Assembly: GCA_043741295.1 (NCBI GenBank)
Contig: JAYUAM010000835.1
Coordinates: forward strand, 1-39,150
Length of the DNA stretch: 39,150 bases
Direction: 5' to 3'
DNA from: Acidimicrobiia bacterium
GTDB taxonomy: Bacteria > Actinomycetota > Acidimicrobiia > Acidimicrobiales > Ilumatobacteraceae
Within the stretch, counting starts at the first letter, position 1; the number at the start of each line of letters is the position of its first letter. Positions 15,924 through 25,335 of this stretch are shown here, piece by piece. Both the position numbers and the translations under genes were made by a program. Below the pieces are notes generated by a model. The model was not told where the DNA came from. It saw nothing but the letters and a program-made list of their open reading frames with translations, and ran no database searches.

Positions 15924-16985
15924 TCAGCCCTCGGCCGGCGCGTCGGTCGCCGACACGGCGGCGGCCGGCGCTTCGACCGCCGGTGCTTCGGCCACCGTTG
16001 TCTCGACGACGGCTGCTTCGACTGCGGGTGCTTCGACTGCGGGTGCTTCGACGACGGGCGCTTCTCCCGCCGGTGCGGGTGCTTCTCCCGCCGGTGCGGG
16101 TGCTTCTCCAGCCGGTGCGGCGGCGGGCTCGGCATCGAGGTCATCGGCCCCGCCCGTTCGGGCGGACGCAAGACGGGCGTCGCGCTCGCCCTGGGCGGCG
16201 GCGGCCTGGCGACGGGCGTCGGCCTGCTGGGCGGCGACGACGGCTTCCTGCTCGGTCGAGCGGGCGGCAGCCGAGCTGGCCTGCGGATGACGCCGCGAGT
16301 TGATGAAGCGGCCCTCCTCGACGGCGTCGGAGATGATCCGGCACATCAACGAGCCCGACCGGATGGCGTCGTCGTTGCCAGGGATGACGTACTGCACGAG
16401 ATCGGGGTCGCAGTTCGTGTCGACCACGGCGACGACCGGGATGCCGAGCTTGTTCGCCTCGGTGACGCCGATGTGCTCCTTCTTGGTGTCGAGCACGAAG
16501 ACGGCGTCGGGGCGCTTCGTGAGGTTGCGCATGCCACCCAGGTTGCGCTGCAGCTTCTCGAGCTCGCGGGTGAGGATGAGGGCTTCCTTCTTCGGCATGA
16601 CGTCGAACTCACCCGACACCTTCATGCGCTCGTATTCCTTCATCTTGTCGACGCGCTTGGAGATCGTCTCGAAGTTGGTGAGCATGCCGCCCAGCCAACG
16701 CTCGTTGATGTACGGCATGCCGCACTTCTCGGCGAAGCCCTGGATCGGGTCCTGGGCCTGCTTCTTGGTCCCGATGAACAGGATGGTGCCGCCTTCGGCG
16801 ACGAGATCGCGCACGAACGAGTACGCCGACTCGATGCGGGTGAGCGTCTGGTTGAGATCGATGATGTAGATGCCGTTGCGGTCACCGAAGATGAACCGCT
16901 TCATCTTGGGGTTCCAGCGACGGGTCTGATGTCCGAAGTGCACGCCAGCTTCGAGCAGCTGGCGCATCGTGACGACTGCAGCCAT
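15924..16985 (-). CDS. rpsB: 30S ribosomal protein S2 with a repetitive Ala/Pro/Glu/Val C-terminal extension of about 90 aa
   Basis: ATG at 16983-16985 is preceded by [104 protein letters not shown]. The track lists it only as the tail of an 896-aa stop-free ORF. Confidence 0.95.
   Translation of the reverse strand: MAAVVTMRQLLEAGVHFGHQTRRWNPKMKRFIFGDRNGIYIIDLNQTLTRIESAYSFVRDLVAEGGTILFIGTKKQAQDPIQGFAEKCGMPYINERWLGGMLTNFETISKRVDKMKEYERMKVSGEFDVMPKKEALILTRELEKLQRNLGGMRNLTKRPDAVFVLDTKKEHIGVTEANKLGIPVVAVVDTNCDPDLVQYVIPGNDDAIRSGSLMCRIISDAVEEGRFINSRRHPQASSAAARSTEQEAVVAAQQADARRQAAAAQGERDARLASARTGGADDLDAEPAAAPAGEAPAPAGEAPAPAGEAPVVEAPAVEAPAVEAAVVETTVAEAPAVEAPAAAVSATDAPAEG
15966..16125 (-). repeat. 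Short tandem repeats (15-bp and 21-bp units) encoding (EAPAV)n and (APAPAGE)3 in the S2 tail
   Basis: GCTTCGACTGCGGGT x2 and GCTTCTCCCGCCGGTGCGGGT x3 are read on the plus strand. Confidence 0.8.
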
Positions 16986-17145
16986 GGTGTGGTCTCCTCC
17001 GCGGTTGATCTGGGCTCCTGGCCCTACGCCCGGGGGCGACCGCGAACGAACCAGGAGGAGGATATCTCTGTCGGACCGGGGTGTCCCGGGCCGGGGAGCA
17101 AGCCTAGCGGGCACGCTCCCGCAGCACCCAAGCCGGGCGCGTCGG

Positions 17146-17751
17146 TTACAAGGCCCGGGCGGGCGACCCATCGGTCGGGACGAGGCGGGACCGCACCACG
17201 AGGCCGGCGAGCAACCGCTCGGGATCGAGATAGTCGTCGCCCCGTCGGACTCCGAAGTGCAACCGGTCACCCGTCGTGCCCACCACCTGGCCCTGGGCCA
17301 CCCGATCGCCGACGGATACGCCGACCGAGGCGAGGAACGCGTAGGTCGTTCGCAGCCCGTCGGCGTGCGCGACGACGACGAAGAGATCGAACCCCACGGG
17401 CCCGGCGAACGTGACCACGCCGGCGGCCGACGCCCGGGCCGACGTGCCCGGTGCGACGGCGTAGTCGATGCCGCGGTTCCCGGCGCACCAGGTGCACGCC
17501 GGCGGGCGGAAGTGGTCGACGATCGGCCCGTCGACCGGAGGGAGGTACGGGTGCACGTGGCGAGCGCGCGTCGGGCCGACCGACGCCGGCGCGGCCACGC
17601 TCGCCGGCCGACCGACCGCGGCGACGGCGGACGCGGACGCGGACGGGAGCAGCAGGAGGAGGACGAACACGACACAGGCGGGCGCGAGCACGAGCGCGAC
17701 GACCGGCGCGGCGCGACGGCGACGCCGGACGGGGCAGCGGGAACAAGACAC
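17146..17751 (-). CDS. M23-family peptidoglycan metalloendopeptidase (secreted or membrane-anchored)
   Basis: Start set at GTG 17749-17751, preceded by GAGGAG with a 7-nt spacer. Signal anchor [28 protein letters not shown]23 core is [12 protein letters not shown]...A.A.G.V.FAG......L.VVV.H.DGLRTTY, G.VVG.TGD.LHFGVR.G..Y.DP. Confidence 0.85.
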   Translation of the reverse strand: MSCSRCPVRRRRRAAPVVALVLAPACVVFVLLLLLPSASASAVAAVGRPASVAAPASVGPTRARHVHPYLPPVDGPIVDHFRPPACTWCAGNRGIDYAVAPGTSARASAAGVVTFAGPVGFDLFVVVAHADGLRTTYAFLASVGVSVGDRVAQGQVVGTTGDRLHFGVRRGDDYLDPERLLAGLVVRSRLVPTDGSPARAL

Positions 17752-17854
17752 AGACGTTCTCCTCGAAGGAGACGGGCGGGACCGAGCGGTCCGAGGGCCG
17801 ACGGCGTCGGCGACTTCGACATCGGTCCACCGGCCTTGGGGGCCGATGAGCCGG

Positions 17855-18652
17855 TTACGGATGGACCGGCTCGTCGAGCCCGAGGCCCGACGCCATGCGC
17901 GTACGCAGTTGCATGACCGCACGCGTGTGGATCTGGCACACGCGGCTCTCGGTCACACCGAGGACGCGGCCGATCTCGGCGAGCGTGAGCCCCTCGACGT
18001 AGTACAGGCTGAGAACGAAGCGGTGGCGTTCGGGCAGCGAGGCGATCGCCCGTCCGAGGAGATGGCGAACCTCCTGACGCTCGAACACCTCGTCCGGGAC
18101 CAGGCTGTTGGGATCGGGGAGGGTGTCGACCAGGCGTGTCGGCTCGCCCCGATCGACGCCGGCGATCGTCTCGTCGAGGGCGACGAGGGCGGCACTCGAC
18201 AGCTTCGTGAGCGTGGTCTCGAGCTGATCGGGCGTCATCCCGACCGCGTTCGCCAGTTCCTCGTCGGTTGGCGACCGGCCGAACTTGGCCTCGAGCTCGG
18301 ACTCGGCCGTCTCGATGACGCGGGCCTTGGCCCGCAGTGAGCGGGGTACCCAGTCGACGTTGCGCAGTTCGTCGAGGATCGCCCCGCGGATTCGGCTGGC
18401 GGCGTAGGTCTCGAACTTGATGCCGCGACCCGGTTCGAACTTCTCGATGGCATCGATGAGCCCGAAGATGCCGTAGCTCACCAGGTCGGACGGGTCGACG
18501 CTGGACGGCAGACCGGCACCTACCCGTGCGGCGACGTACTTCACTATCGGCGAGTAGTGCAGGATCAACTGGTCTCGCAGAGGGCGCTCGGGCTCGGCCT
18601 TGTAGGCCTCCCAAACATCGGCGATCTCGACCACCGCGTGGCGCCCGCGCAT
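17855..18652 (-). CDS. RNA polymerase sigma factor, FliA/WhiG (sigma-28) family
   Basis: 265 aa: LI..Y.P.VKYVA.RV (region 2.1), [38 protein letters not shown] (2.2-2.4), region 3, then ER...[27 protein letters not shown]...LR (4.2). The ATG lies 2 nt after the xerC stop. Confidence 0.93.
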   Translation of the reverse strand: MRGRHAVVEIADVWEAYKAEPERPLRDQLILHYSPIVKYVAARVGAGLPSSVDPSDLVSYGIFGLIDAIEKFEPGRGIKFETYAASRIRGAILDELRNVDWVPRSLRAKARVIETAESELEAKFGRSPTDEELANAVGMTPDQLETTLTKLSSAALVALDETIAGVDRGEPTRLVDTLPDPNSLVPDEVFERQEVRHLLGRAIASLPERHRFVLSLYYVEGLTLAEIGRVLGVTESRVCQIHTRAVMQLRTRMASGLGLDEPVHP

Positions 18653-18654
18653 CG

Positions 18655-19560
18655 TCAGGCCCTCGGGTGCGTGTCGTCGTAGACCGCGCGCAGTCGCTGG
18701 GCGCTCACGTGCGTGTAGACCTGCGTCGTGGCGAGGTCGGCGTGGCCGAGGAGCTCCTGCACGGATCTCAGATCGGCACCGCCGTCGAGGAGATGAGTGG
18801 CGAAGCTGTGTCGTAACGCATGCGGGTGCGTGGGCCGGGCTGCCCGCCGGTCGATCACCCGGCGCACGTCCCGAGTGGAGAGCGGCCGACCTCGCCGGTT
18901 GACGAACAGCGAATCGCCGGCGTCCGGCCCGGCGAGGTGCTGACGGCCCCGCTCCACCCACGCCCGAACGGCGTCGACGGCCGGGACACTGACCGGCACC
19001 CGACGTTGCTTGGAGCCCTTGCCCCACACGGTGACCGTGGCGGAGCCGAGGTCGACATCGCCACCACGGAGCGAACACAGTTCGCCGACGCGCAGACCAC
19101 TGCCGTAGAGCAGTTCGAGTACGGCGTCGTCGCGCAGGCGCACGGACTCGGGGTCGTCGTCGATCGCCGCCGGCGGGTCGTCGAGCAGCACGTTCAGCTC
19201 GTTGGCGGGCAGCACCCGCGGTAGCCGGGAATCGCCGCGAGGAGCGCTCAGCGATCGGGCCGGATCGACGGCGACGACACCGGTGCGGGTGAGCCAGCCG
19301 AAATATCGGCGCAGCGCCGACGCCTTCCGGGCGATCGACGTCTTGGCGTAGCGCCGGGTGGCGAGGAAGGCCAGGTAGCGTCGCAACGCCAACCGATCGA
19401 CGGCCCCGGGGCCGCCGTTGCCGGCCCGCTCGGCCCACTCGACGAACCCGGCAAGGTCGCGTCGGTAGGCCAGCACCGTGTTCGGAGCCAGATCGGTGAG
19501 CGACTGCTCGAACGTCGCCAGATGCCACGCCACGTATGCACCGTATCGCCGTCGGGTCAC
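18655..19560 (-). CDS. xerC: Site-specific tyrosine recombinase XerC
   Basis: 301 aa. N-terminal SAM-like core-binding domain (T..AYRRDL..F..W). Catalytic residues lie in context: [56 protein letters not shown] (R, K, HxxR, H, Y). Confidence 0.93.
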   Translation of the reverse strand: MTRRRYGAYVAWHLATFEQSLTDLAPNTVLAYRRDLAGFVEWAERAGNGGPGAVDRLALRRYLAFLATRRYAKTSIARKASALRRYFGWLTRTGVVAVDPARSLSAPRGDSRLPRVLPANELNVLLDDPPAAIDDDPESVRLRDDAVLELLYGSGLRVGELCSLRGGDVDLGSATVTVWGKGSKQRRVPVSVPAVDAVRAWVERGRQHLAGPDAGDSLFVNRRGRPLSTRDVRRVIDRRAARPTHPHALRHSFATHLLDGGADLRSVQELLGHADLATTQVYTHVSAQRLRAVYDDTHPRA

Positions 19561-19638
19561 TGTCGGTGGCGACTGCGCGCCCCGAGTGGGTCGGCCTCCG
19601 GGCCCTCGGCGCGCCGGCGATCCCGGTGTCCGCGGGCG

Positions 19639-20676
19639 TCATCGTCGCCCCGTTCGCCGGATCCAGGGCCCGTGCTGGGCCACCAGCCCGGCGTCGTCGA
19701 GCCGCTCGAGCGCGGCGAGCACGGCACCGAGCCCGACCCCCGAACGCATCGCCAACTCGTCGACGGTGGTCGCGTTGCCCTCGACCAGGGCGAGAAGCCA
19801 ACCGTCGGGCCCCGGCCCGATGCCGACCGGACGGTCCGGCGCCATTTCGGATCGACCGACACGGCCCGTGTGATTCGGGCGCGCCTGATCCGGGCCCGTG
19901 CGAGCTGGACGCGGGAGCGGCAGGGCCTGTTGTTCGCTCGCTGCCAAGCCGAGCGCGATGAGCACATCGTCGGGGTCGAGCGCCGGGCCGCACCCATCGC
20001 GGAGCAACCGGTTCGTGCCCTCGGCCGTCGGGCTGCGAACCGAGCCTGGCACCGCGAGCACCGTGCGATTGCGATCGGCGGCCTGCCCGGCCGTGATCAG
20101 CGAGCCGCCGGCAGCCCGGGACTCGACGACGACGAGCACCGTCGAGAGCGCGGCGATGATCCGGTTGCGCAGCGGAAAGTGATGCGGCATCGGCGGCACG
20201 CCGGGCTCGTGCTCCGAAACGACGGCGCCGACGCGGGTGATGTCGTCGAACAGCGCCTGGTTCGAGCGCGGGTAGACGATGTCGAGCCCACAGCCGACCA
20301 CGGCGACCGGCGGCGCCCCGCCCGCTTCCATCGCTCCCCGGTGGGCGGCGGCGTCGATACCAGACGCCAATCCTGAGACCACCTGTACTCCGGCCGCGGA
20401 GAGCTCGCGCCCGAACCAGCGGGCGAGCTCACGACCCTCGATCGAGGCGTTGCGGGTGCCGACGATGCCGACCGCCAACGGCCCACCGACGACGCCGACA
20501 TCGCCGCGGCTGTACAGGATCGGCGGTCGCTCGAAATCCTCGGCCAGCGCCTCGGGATAGTCCGGCTCACCGGAGACGTGGATGCCGAAACCGAGTTCTG
20601 CGCAGCGGCGGCGTACTTCGGGCTCGACGATGAGATCGCTCGGCGAGAACGGCGGCCGCGTCCGACTGCCGCTCAC
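19639..20676 (-). CDS. dprA: DNA-processing protein DprA (Smf)
   Basis: GTG 20676 overlaps the comM stop (GTGA). PDYPE.L......PP.L...G, VGIVGTR.AS..G...A......L...G..VVSGLA.GIDAAAHRGA, VAVVGCGLD.VYP..N..L......GAVVSE..PG..P....FP.RNRIIA.LS....VVE....SGSL.TA. A winged-helix-like C-terminal domain follows. The track's 445-aa version adds 100 Arg-rich residues that overlap comM. Confidence 0.88.
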   Translation of the reverse strand: MSGSRTRPPFSPSDLIVEPEVRRRCAELGFGIHVSGEPDYPEALAEDFERPPILYSRGDVGVVGGPLAVGIVGTRNASIEGRELARWFGRELSAAGVQVVSGLASGIDAAAHRGAMEAGGAPPVAVVGCGLDIVYPRSNQALFDDITRVGAVVSEHEPGVPPMPHHFPLRNRIIAALSTVLVVVESRAAGGSLITAGQAADRNRTVLAVPGSVRSPTAEGTNRLLRDGCGPALDPDDVLIALGLAASEQQALPLPRPARTGPDQARPNHTGRVGRSEMAPDRPVGIGPGPDGWLLALVEGNATTVDELAMRSGVGLGAVLAALERLDDAGLVAQHGPWIRRTGRR

Positions 20677-22211
20677 GCTGCCCGCTCCGATGCCTCGTCG
20701 ACCGCTACGCGCAGTTGCAGCGCAAGGCGGACCATCGCTTCGTCGATCACGTCGTCGTCGCTCTCGAGGTCGGCCAGGGTGCGGGCGACGCGGCGGACGC
20801 GGTGCAACCCCCGGCCCGACAGCCGCCCGCGCTCGAGCTCGCGTCGCAACAGACGCGAGGCGCCGGCCGACAGGGGTGCGATCTCGTCGAGCCGGTTGCC
20901 GGGAATGCCACTCGCCAGGCTGTAGCCCCGGCCCGCGGCCCGACGGCGGGCGGTTCCCACCCGGCTGGCGACACACGCCGAGGATTCACCGGGCGGACCA
21001 CCGAGGATCTCGTCGACCCGGGGCCGGGCCACCAGGACGCGCAGGTCGAAGCGGTCGAGCAGCGGACCCGACAACCGGCGCAGATAGCGCTGGCGCACCG
21101 CGGGCCCGCACGGGCAACTGCCCGGTGGCCCGCCCTGCCCGCATGGGCACGGGTTGGTGGCGGCGAGGAGCAGGAAGCGGGCCGGCAGCGACACCGACGC
21201 CCGCGCCCGGCTGATGCGCATCACGCCGTCCTCCAACGGCTGACGCAGACCGTCGAGCACGCTGGACGGGAACTCGGCGAGCTCGTCGAGGAACAGGACA
21301 CCGCCGTGGGCGAGGCTGATCTCGCCCGGCCGGAGCGCGGCGTTTCCGCCACCGACGAGCGAAACGAGCGATGCCGTGTGGTGCGGCGCGCGCCACGGTG
21401 CCCGCCGGACGAGCCCACCCGGAGGCAAGGTGACTCCCGCGGCGCTGTGTACGGTCGTCGCCTCGATGGCGGTGGCGTCGTCGAGCGGCGGGAGCAGCCC
21501 GGGCAGCCGCTTGGCGAGCATGGTCTTGCCGGCGCCCGGCGGGCCGACGAGGAGCAGGTGATGCCCGCCGGCGGCCGCGATCTCGACCGCCCGCCGGGCG
21601 AGCGGCTGGCCACGCACGTCGGCCAGGTCGGGGGCGAGGGGATCGATCCCCGACGCGAACAAGTCGGCGTTGTCTGCGGTGCTGCTGGCCACGTCCTGCG
21701 GCCAGGGTGCCTGCCCGAGCAACGCCCGCACGAGATCGGCGACGCAGGCGGCCGGACGAGCCACGCCATGGGCGACGAGCGCCGCCTCCGCCACGCAGTC
21801 GACGGGCACGACACACCCTCGCTCGCCGAGCGCGGCCACGAGCGGCACGATGCCCGGAACGCGCCGCACCGCTCCGTCGAGCCCCAACTCGCCGAGGAAG
21901 CCGAGTCCGACGATGGCCTCCGCCGGTACCTCGGCATCGGCCACGAGGAGCCCGACGGCGATGGCGAGGTCGAGACCGGCACCGCCCTTGCGCAGTCCGG
22001 ACGGGGCGAGGTTGACGGTGACGCGCCGTGGCGACCAGGCAAAGCCGGACGAGAGCAACGCCGCCCGCACGCGATCTCGTGCTTCCCGGCACGCCTCGTC
22101 GGGAAGGCCGACGATGGTGAACGACGGAAGCCCGCTCGATACGTGGACCTCGACGTGGACGAGGTGTCCCTGGACACCGAGCAACGTGGCCGAAACGACG
22201 GTGGCGAGCAC
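20673..22211 (-). CDS. comM: Mg-chelatase-like AAA+ ATPase, YifB/ComM family
   Basis: Start at GTG 22211, preceded by GGAGGT with a 6-nt spacer. G....V.VEV.VS.GLP.F.IVGLPD....E.R.RV..A, GELGLDG..R.V.G..P, Walker A GPPGAGKTMLA, Walker B GVLFLDELAEF, R.......A.NPCPCG, and the C-terminal LS.RG..RV.RVART.ADL. Confidence 0.92.
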   Translation of the reverse strand: MLATVVSATLLGVQGHLVHVEVHVSSGLPSFTIVGLPDEACREARDRVRAALLSSGFAWSPRRVTVNLAPSGLRKGGAGLDLAIAVGLLVADAEVPAEAIVGLGFLGELGLDGAVRRVPGIVPLVAALGERGCVVPVDCVAEAALVAHGVARPAACVADLVRALLGQAPWPQDVASSTADNADLFASGIDPLAPDLADVRGQPLARRAVEIAAAGGHHLLLVGPPGAGKTMLAKRLPGLLPPLDDATAIEATTVHSAAGVTLPPGGLVRRAPWRAPHHTASLVSLVGGGNAALRPGEISLAHGGVLFLDELAEFPSSVLDGLRQPLEDGVMRISRARASVSLPARFLLLAATNPCPCGQGGPPGSCPCGPAVRQRYLRRLSGPLLDRFDLRVLVARPRVDEILGGPPGESSACVASRVGTARRRAAGRGYSLASGIPGNRLDEIAPLSAGASRLLRRELERGRLSGRGLHRVRRVARTLADLESDDDVIDEAMVRLALQLRVAVDEASERAA

Positions 22212-22383
22212 GCGTGCACCTCCGTGAACCGCGCCCGACAGGCGCTCGATCGGGAGGTCCACCGGGGGACCGAGGCCAGCGGCCACGACCCGACAGGTCG
22301 TCACCGCAGCGATCGCGTCACGGTACCAGGACGATGCGCGGGAAATACCTCGGTGCGGCGAACGGGCCTGGGAGAATCAGGCG

Positions 22384-22974
22384 ATGTCCTCTACGACCCT
22401 GCCCCGTCGAAGCCGCCTGACGCCGGCTGCCCGGGCCCGTCCACGGGTGCCGATCGCCGTCGCCGGTCTCGCCGTCGCGGCGCTGGTCACCGGATGCCGC
22501 ACGACGACGACGCCCTCGGCCGCCGCGTTCTGCCGGCGCGTCGAAGCGAATCGAAGCGTCCTGCAGGGCGCAGGCACCGACGCCGCCGGCGTCGCCCGAA
22601 CGTTGGCCGCTTACCGCAACGTGGCCCAGGTCGCGCCGGCCGGCGTGCGCGACGCCTGGGGCACGGTGACCGCGCTCGTCGAGTCGGCCGCCAGCGCCGA
22701 TCTCACCGTGCCGCAGACGAACGAGCGGCTGGCGGCCCGGTCCTTGGCGGCCAAGCCGGAGATCGACTCGATCGTGAACTACACCAAGTCCACCTGCGGG
22801 CTGGACATCGCCGCGGCCGCTCCGGTGACAGCACCGGTTCCCGCCCCGACGGCCCCGGCCACAGGTCAACCGGCCACAGGTGACCCGGCCACCGCCGACG
22901 CGGCGGCGGCCACGGACGCCACGCCGGCCATCGTCGAGGAGCCGGGCACCGTCCCCCCGACCGTCGCCGGTTAG
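22384..22974 (+). CDS. Putative lipoprotein with a Pro/Ala/Thr-rich C-terminal tail; function unknown
   Basis: ATG preceded by GGGAGAA. Signal peptide with lipobox (AVAALVTGC). The frame composition looks coding. I recognise no family. The stop overlaps the convergent clpP stop. Confidence 0.65.
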   Translation: MSSTTLPRRSRLTPAARARPRVPIAVAGLAVAALVTGCRTTTTPSAAAFCRRVEANRSVLQGAGTDAAGVARTLAAYRNVAQVAPAGVRDAWGTVTALVESAASADLTVPQTNERLAARSLAAKPEIDSIVNYTKSTCGLDIAAAAPVTAPVPAPTAPATGQPATGDPATADAAAATDATPAIVEEPGTVPPTVAG

Positions 22975-23570
22975 GCGATCTCGCCGCGCTTCAGGATCAC
23001 CTTGTCGATGAGGCCGTATTCCTTGGCCTCCTTGGCGGAGAACCAACGGTCACGATCGGCATCGGCGACGACCTTGTCGTACGGCTGGCCGGTGTGGAAG
23101 GAAATGCGCTCGAAGAGCGTCTTCTTCGTGTAGGCCATCTGCTCGGCCTGGATGGCGATATCGGAGGCCTGGCCGCGGAGCCCGCCGAGCGGCTGGTGCA
23201 TCATGATGCGGGCGTTGGGCAGCGCGTAGCGCTTGCCGGTGGCGCCGGCGCAGAGCAGGAACTGACCCATCGACGCGGCAAGACCCATCGTGACGGTGGC
23301 CACGTCGGACGACACGAACTGCATCGTGTCGTAGATGGCCATGCCGGCCGACACCGACCCGCCGGGCGAGTTGATGTAGAGCCAGATGTCCCGGTTGGCG
23401 TCCTCACCGTCGAGGTAGAGCAGCTGGGCGCAGATCATGTTGGCGATGTCGTCGTTGACGTCGGTGCCGAGCACGATGATCCGGCTCTTGAGCAACCGGT
23501 TGTAGATGTCGGGACGGCCGTCACCGGACGGCGAGTCGAAGGCGGACGGGTTGGGCATCGGCTGGGCCAT
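22971..23570 (-). CDS. clpP: ATP-dependent Clp protease proteolytic subunit
   Basis: 199 aa: [17 protein letters not shown]....AQLL.L.....[22 protein letters not shown]...DV.T...G.AASMG.FLL (catalytic Ser), R.M.HQP.GG (His), D.DRD...SA.EA..YGLID (Asp). There is no second clpP, clpX or tig in the window. Confidence 0.95.
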   Translation of the reverse strand: MAQPMPNPSAFDSPSGDGRPDIYNRLLKSRIIVLGTDVNDDIANMICAQLLYLDGEDANRDIWLYINSPGGSVSAGMAIYDTMQFVSSDVATVTMGLAASMGQFLLCAGATGKRYALPNARIMMHQPLGGLRGQASDIAIQAEQMAYTKKTLFERISFHTGQPYDKVVADADRDRWFSAKEAKEYGLIDKVILKRGEIA

Positions 23571-23579
23571 GCCAGGAGG

Positions 23580-23834
23580 CTATCGCCGCGCGGCCCGTTC
23601 GGTCGGCTCCGTGGCCGACGACGCATCGAGCTCGGCCTGTTCCGACGTCGACGGCAGCGGGCCGGTCCGCCGAACCTCGGTGCGGCCGCGCACGAGCCGC
23701 AGCACGTAGAGCCCACCGCACAGCGCCACGGCCATGGCCGCGGTCGTGAGCGGGTCGAACGGGTAGGCCTGTGCGGCGGCCCCGACCATGGTCGGGACCG
23801 CCGTTCGGCCCGCACCTCCCGCCACCAGATTCAC
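23580..23834 (-). CDS. Possible small (84 aa) membrane protein upstream of clpP
   Basis: GTG 23834 is preceded by GAGAGGA. It has high GC3 and one hydrophobic segment (AAMAVALCGGLYVLRLV). I recognise no homology, and the start is uncertain. Confidence 0.35.
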   Translation of the reverse strand: MNLVAGGAGRTAVPTMVGAAAQAYPFDPLTTAAMAVALCGGLYVLRLVRGRTEVRRTGPLPSTSEQAELDASSATEPTERAARR

Positions 23835-23988
23835 GTCGTCCTCTCGCTGGCGTTACCGAGATCCGTCCGCAGGATCCGGCCGCCGGTTAAGAGGATGCCA
23901 AGATTCGCCGCGATCTTCAATGGTCCGTCCGTCTCAATCCGATTGACCACCACCAGATCCGTGGCGCTCAGCGCCAGACTCGTGACGA

Positions 23989-25335
23989 TCAGCGCGTCCG
24001 GCCGGAGAACACCACGACCACGTTCTCGTCCCGCCCGACCCGGCGGCCGTCGCTGGGCCCGAGGGTGTCCGCCGGATCGACCGAGACGTCCGGCCATCCC
24101 CGCCCGAGCAACACCCCCGCCAGGCCCGCCGATCCAGTGGGGTCGACGGCGATGTCGGTGCGGGCGAGGGCCAGGGCGTTGGCCTCGGCGACCAGGTGCT
24201 CGGTGACGGTGGCGGGCTGCCCACCGCTGCCCGCCATCGCATCGACGACCCCGACCCAGTCGTAGGTTTCGTCGTCCAGGATGCCGGTCGCCGCGGAGTC
24301 CACGACCGGCTCCCACGGCCACATGCACTCGGCCCAGCGGGTCGGCGCCGTGCGCACCCCGATCGAGTTCGCCTGCTGCCACGCCCGTGCGAGCGGCGCG
24401 CAACCTGCGGTCTGCACGGCGTGGAGTCGCGCCACGATGCCGTGATCACGCAGGCCGGTCGCCGCGCAGGTGGCCAACGCTCCCCCGCCGACCTGTACGA
24501 ACAGTCTGTCGAGCGTCCCGGCCGCGTTCGGGTCACGTGTGTACTGCAACCCCACCTCCCAACCGAGCGTGCGGCCGCTGTCGAGGCAGAGCGCGTTCTC
24601 CGGACCCTGGACGCTGAACGGGATCGAGCCTCGGGCCACCGCCTCCCGGAACCGGTGGACGCACGGGTCGCCGGGCAGGTCGTCGGCCCGACGCGGGCAC
24701 ACGACGATCACTGCGCCGAGCTCGCCAAGGCGGGCCACCACCCGCGCATCGGCGCTGGGCGGGACGAACACGTCGAGCGGCCAGCCGATCGACGCCGCCA
24801 TCGTCGCGGCGGCCAGTGCGGCGTTGCCGCACGACGCGATGGCGAGTTTCGGTCGGTCGCCCGTCGACCGCCAGGCCAGGACCCCCAGTTGCTCACCGGC
24901 GAGGAGCTGCAGCAACGTCGACACGAGGTGCCGGGCCTTGTGGCTGCCCGACACGTTGCCGGTCTCGTCTTTCACCCACACGCCGCCCGCCGACGAGAAG
25001 CCGAGCGCGTCGGACAACCGATCGGCACGCCCGAACGGGGTCCAGGCGAACCCCCGGCCGTCCACCTGCGCAACCGACCGGCTCAACGAACGGGTTAGCG
25101 CGTCGCACGCGTCGGCCCGCATGCCGTGGGACCCAGCGAATGCCCGCCACGCCAGGTACGGACCGAAGGCGACGAACGGGTCGGGGTCGTCAGATGGCCG
25201 CAGAGTCACCGGCGATGCCACGAGCCGCAACACGTGATGGCGGTCGGCAGCCGTGGCGTTCGGACAGCGGAACGGAAGCGGTTCGACGATGTCGACGGTG
25301 GCGCCGCACGCCGCGCACCGATAGCCGGCGATCAC
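23989..25335 (-). CDS. Fold-type II PLP-dependent enzyme, threonine-synthase-like, with an N-terminal Cys-rich (zinc-ribbon-like) segment
   Basis: GTG 25335 overlaps the upstream gene's stop (GTGA). [10 protein letters not shown]....PFRCPN, then [17 protein letters not shown] (PLP-lysine context S-x-K), [12 protein letters not shown], and a GGGAL glycine loop. The track's 629-aa version adds Arg-rich wrong-frame sequence. Confidence 0.85.
   Translation of the reverse strand: MIAGYRCAACGATVDIVEPLPFRCPNATAADRHHVLRLVASPVTLRPSDDPDPFVAFGPYLAWRAFAGSHGMRADACDALTRSLSRSVAQVDGRGFAWTPFGRADRLSDALGFSSAGGVWVKDETGNVSGSHKARHLVSTLLQLLAGEQLGVLAWRSTGDRPKLAIASCGNAALAAATMAASIGWPLDVFVPPSADARVVARLGELGAVIVVCPRRADDLPGDPCVHRFREAVARGSIPFSVQGPENALCLDSGRTLGWEVGLQYTRDPNAAGTLDRLFVQVGGGALATCAATGLRDHGIVARLHAVQTAGCAPLARAWQQANSIGVRTAPTRWAECMWPWEPVVDSAATGILDDETYDWVGVVDAMAGSGGQPATVTEHLVAEANALALARTDIAVDPTGSAGLAGVLLGRGWPDVSVDPADTLGPSDGRRVGRDENVVVVFSGRTR

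Noticed and set aside
15084-18614. Very long ORFs over the tsf-rpsB-M23-sigma region (15084..17414 plus strand, 776 aa; 15924..18614 minus strand, 896 aa)
   Set aside because: The plus-strand ORF is antisense to tsf and rpsB and has no motifs. The 896-aa minus ORF is real only in its last 353 aa (S2). Upstream of that it reads other genes out of frame and is Arg/Pro-rich.
17855-22883. 712-aa minus ORF (17855..19993) and 722-aa plus ORF (20715..22883)
   Set aside because: Only the last 265 aa of the first ORF (the sigma factor) are real, and the rest overlaps xerC and dprA out of frame. The second is antisense to comM, with Arg/Gly-rich composition and no motifs.
23955-23975. Palindrome GGCGC-TCA-GCGCC as a ClgR-type operator for clpP or a terminator for the PLP operon
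   Set aside because: The spacing (CGC-N3-GCG) does not match my recollection of the ClgR box (CGC-N5-GCG). The 5-bp stem with no T-tract is too weak for an intrinsic terminator. It is kept only as part of the low-GC segment finding.
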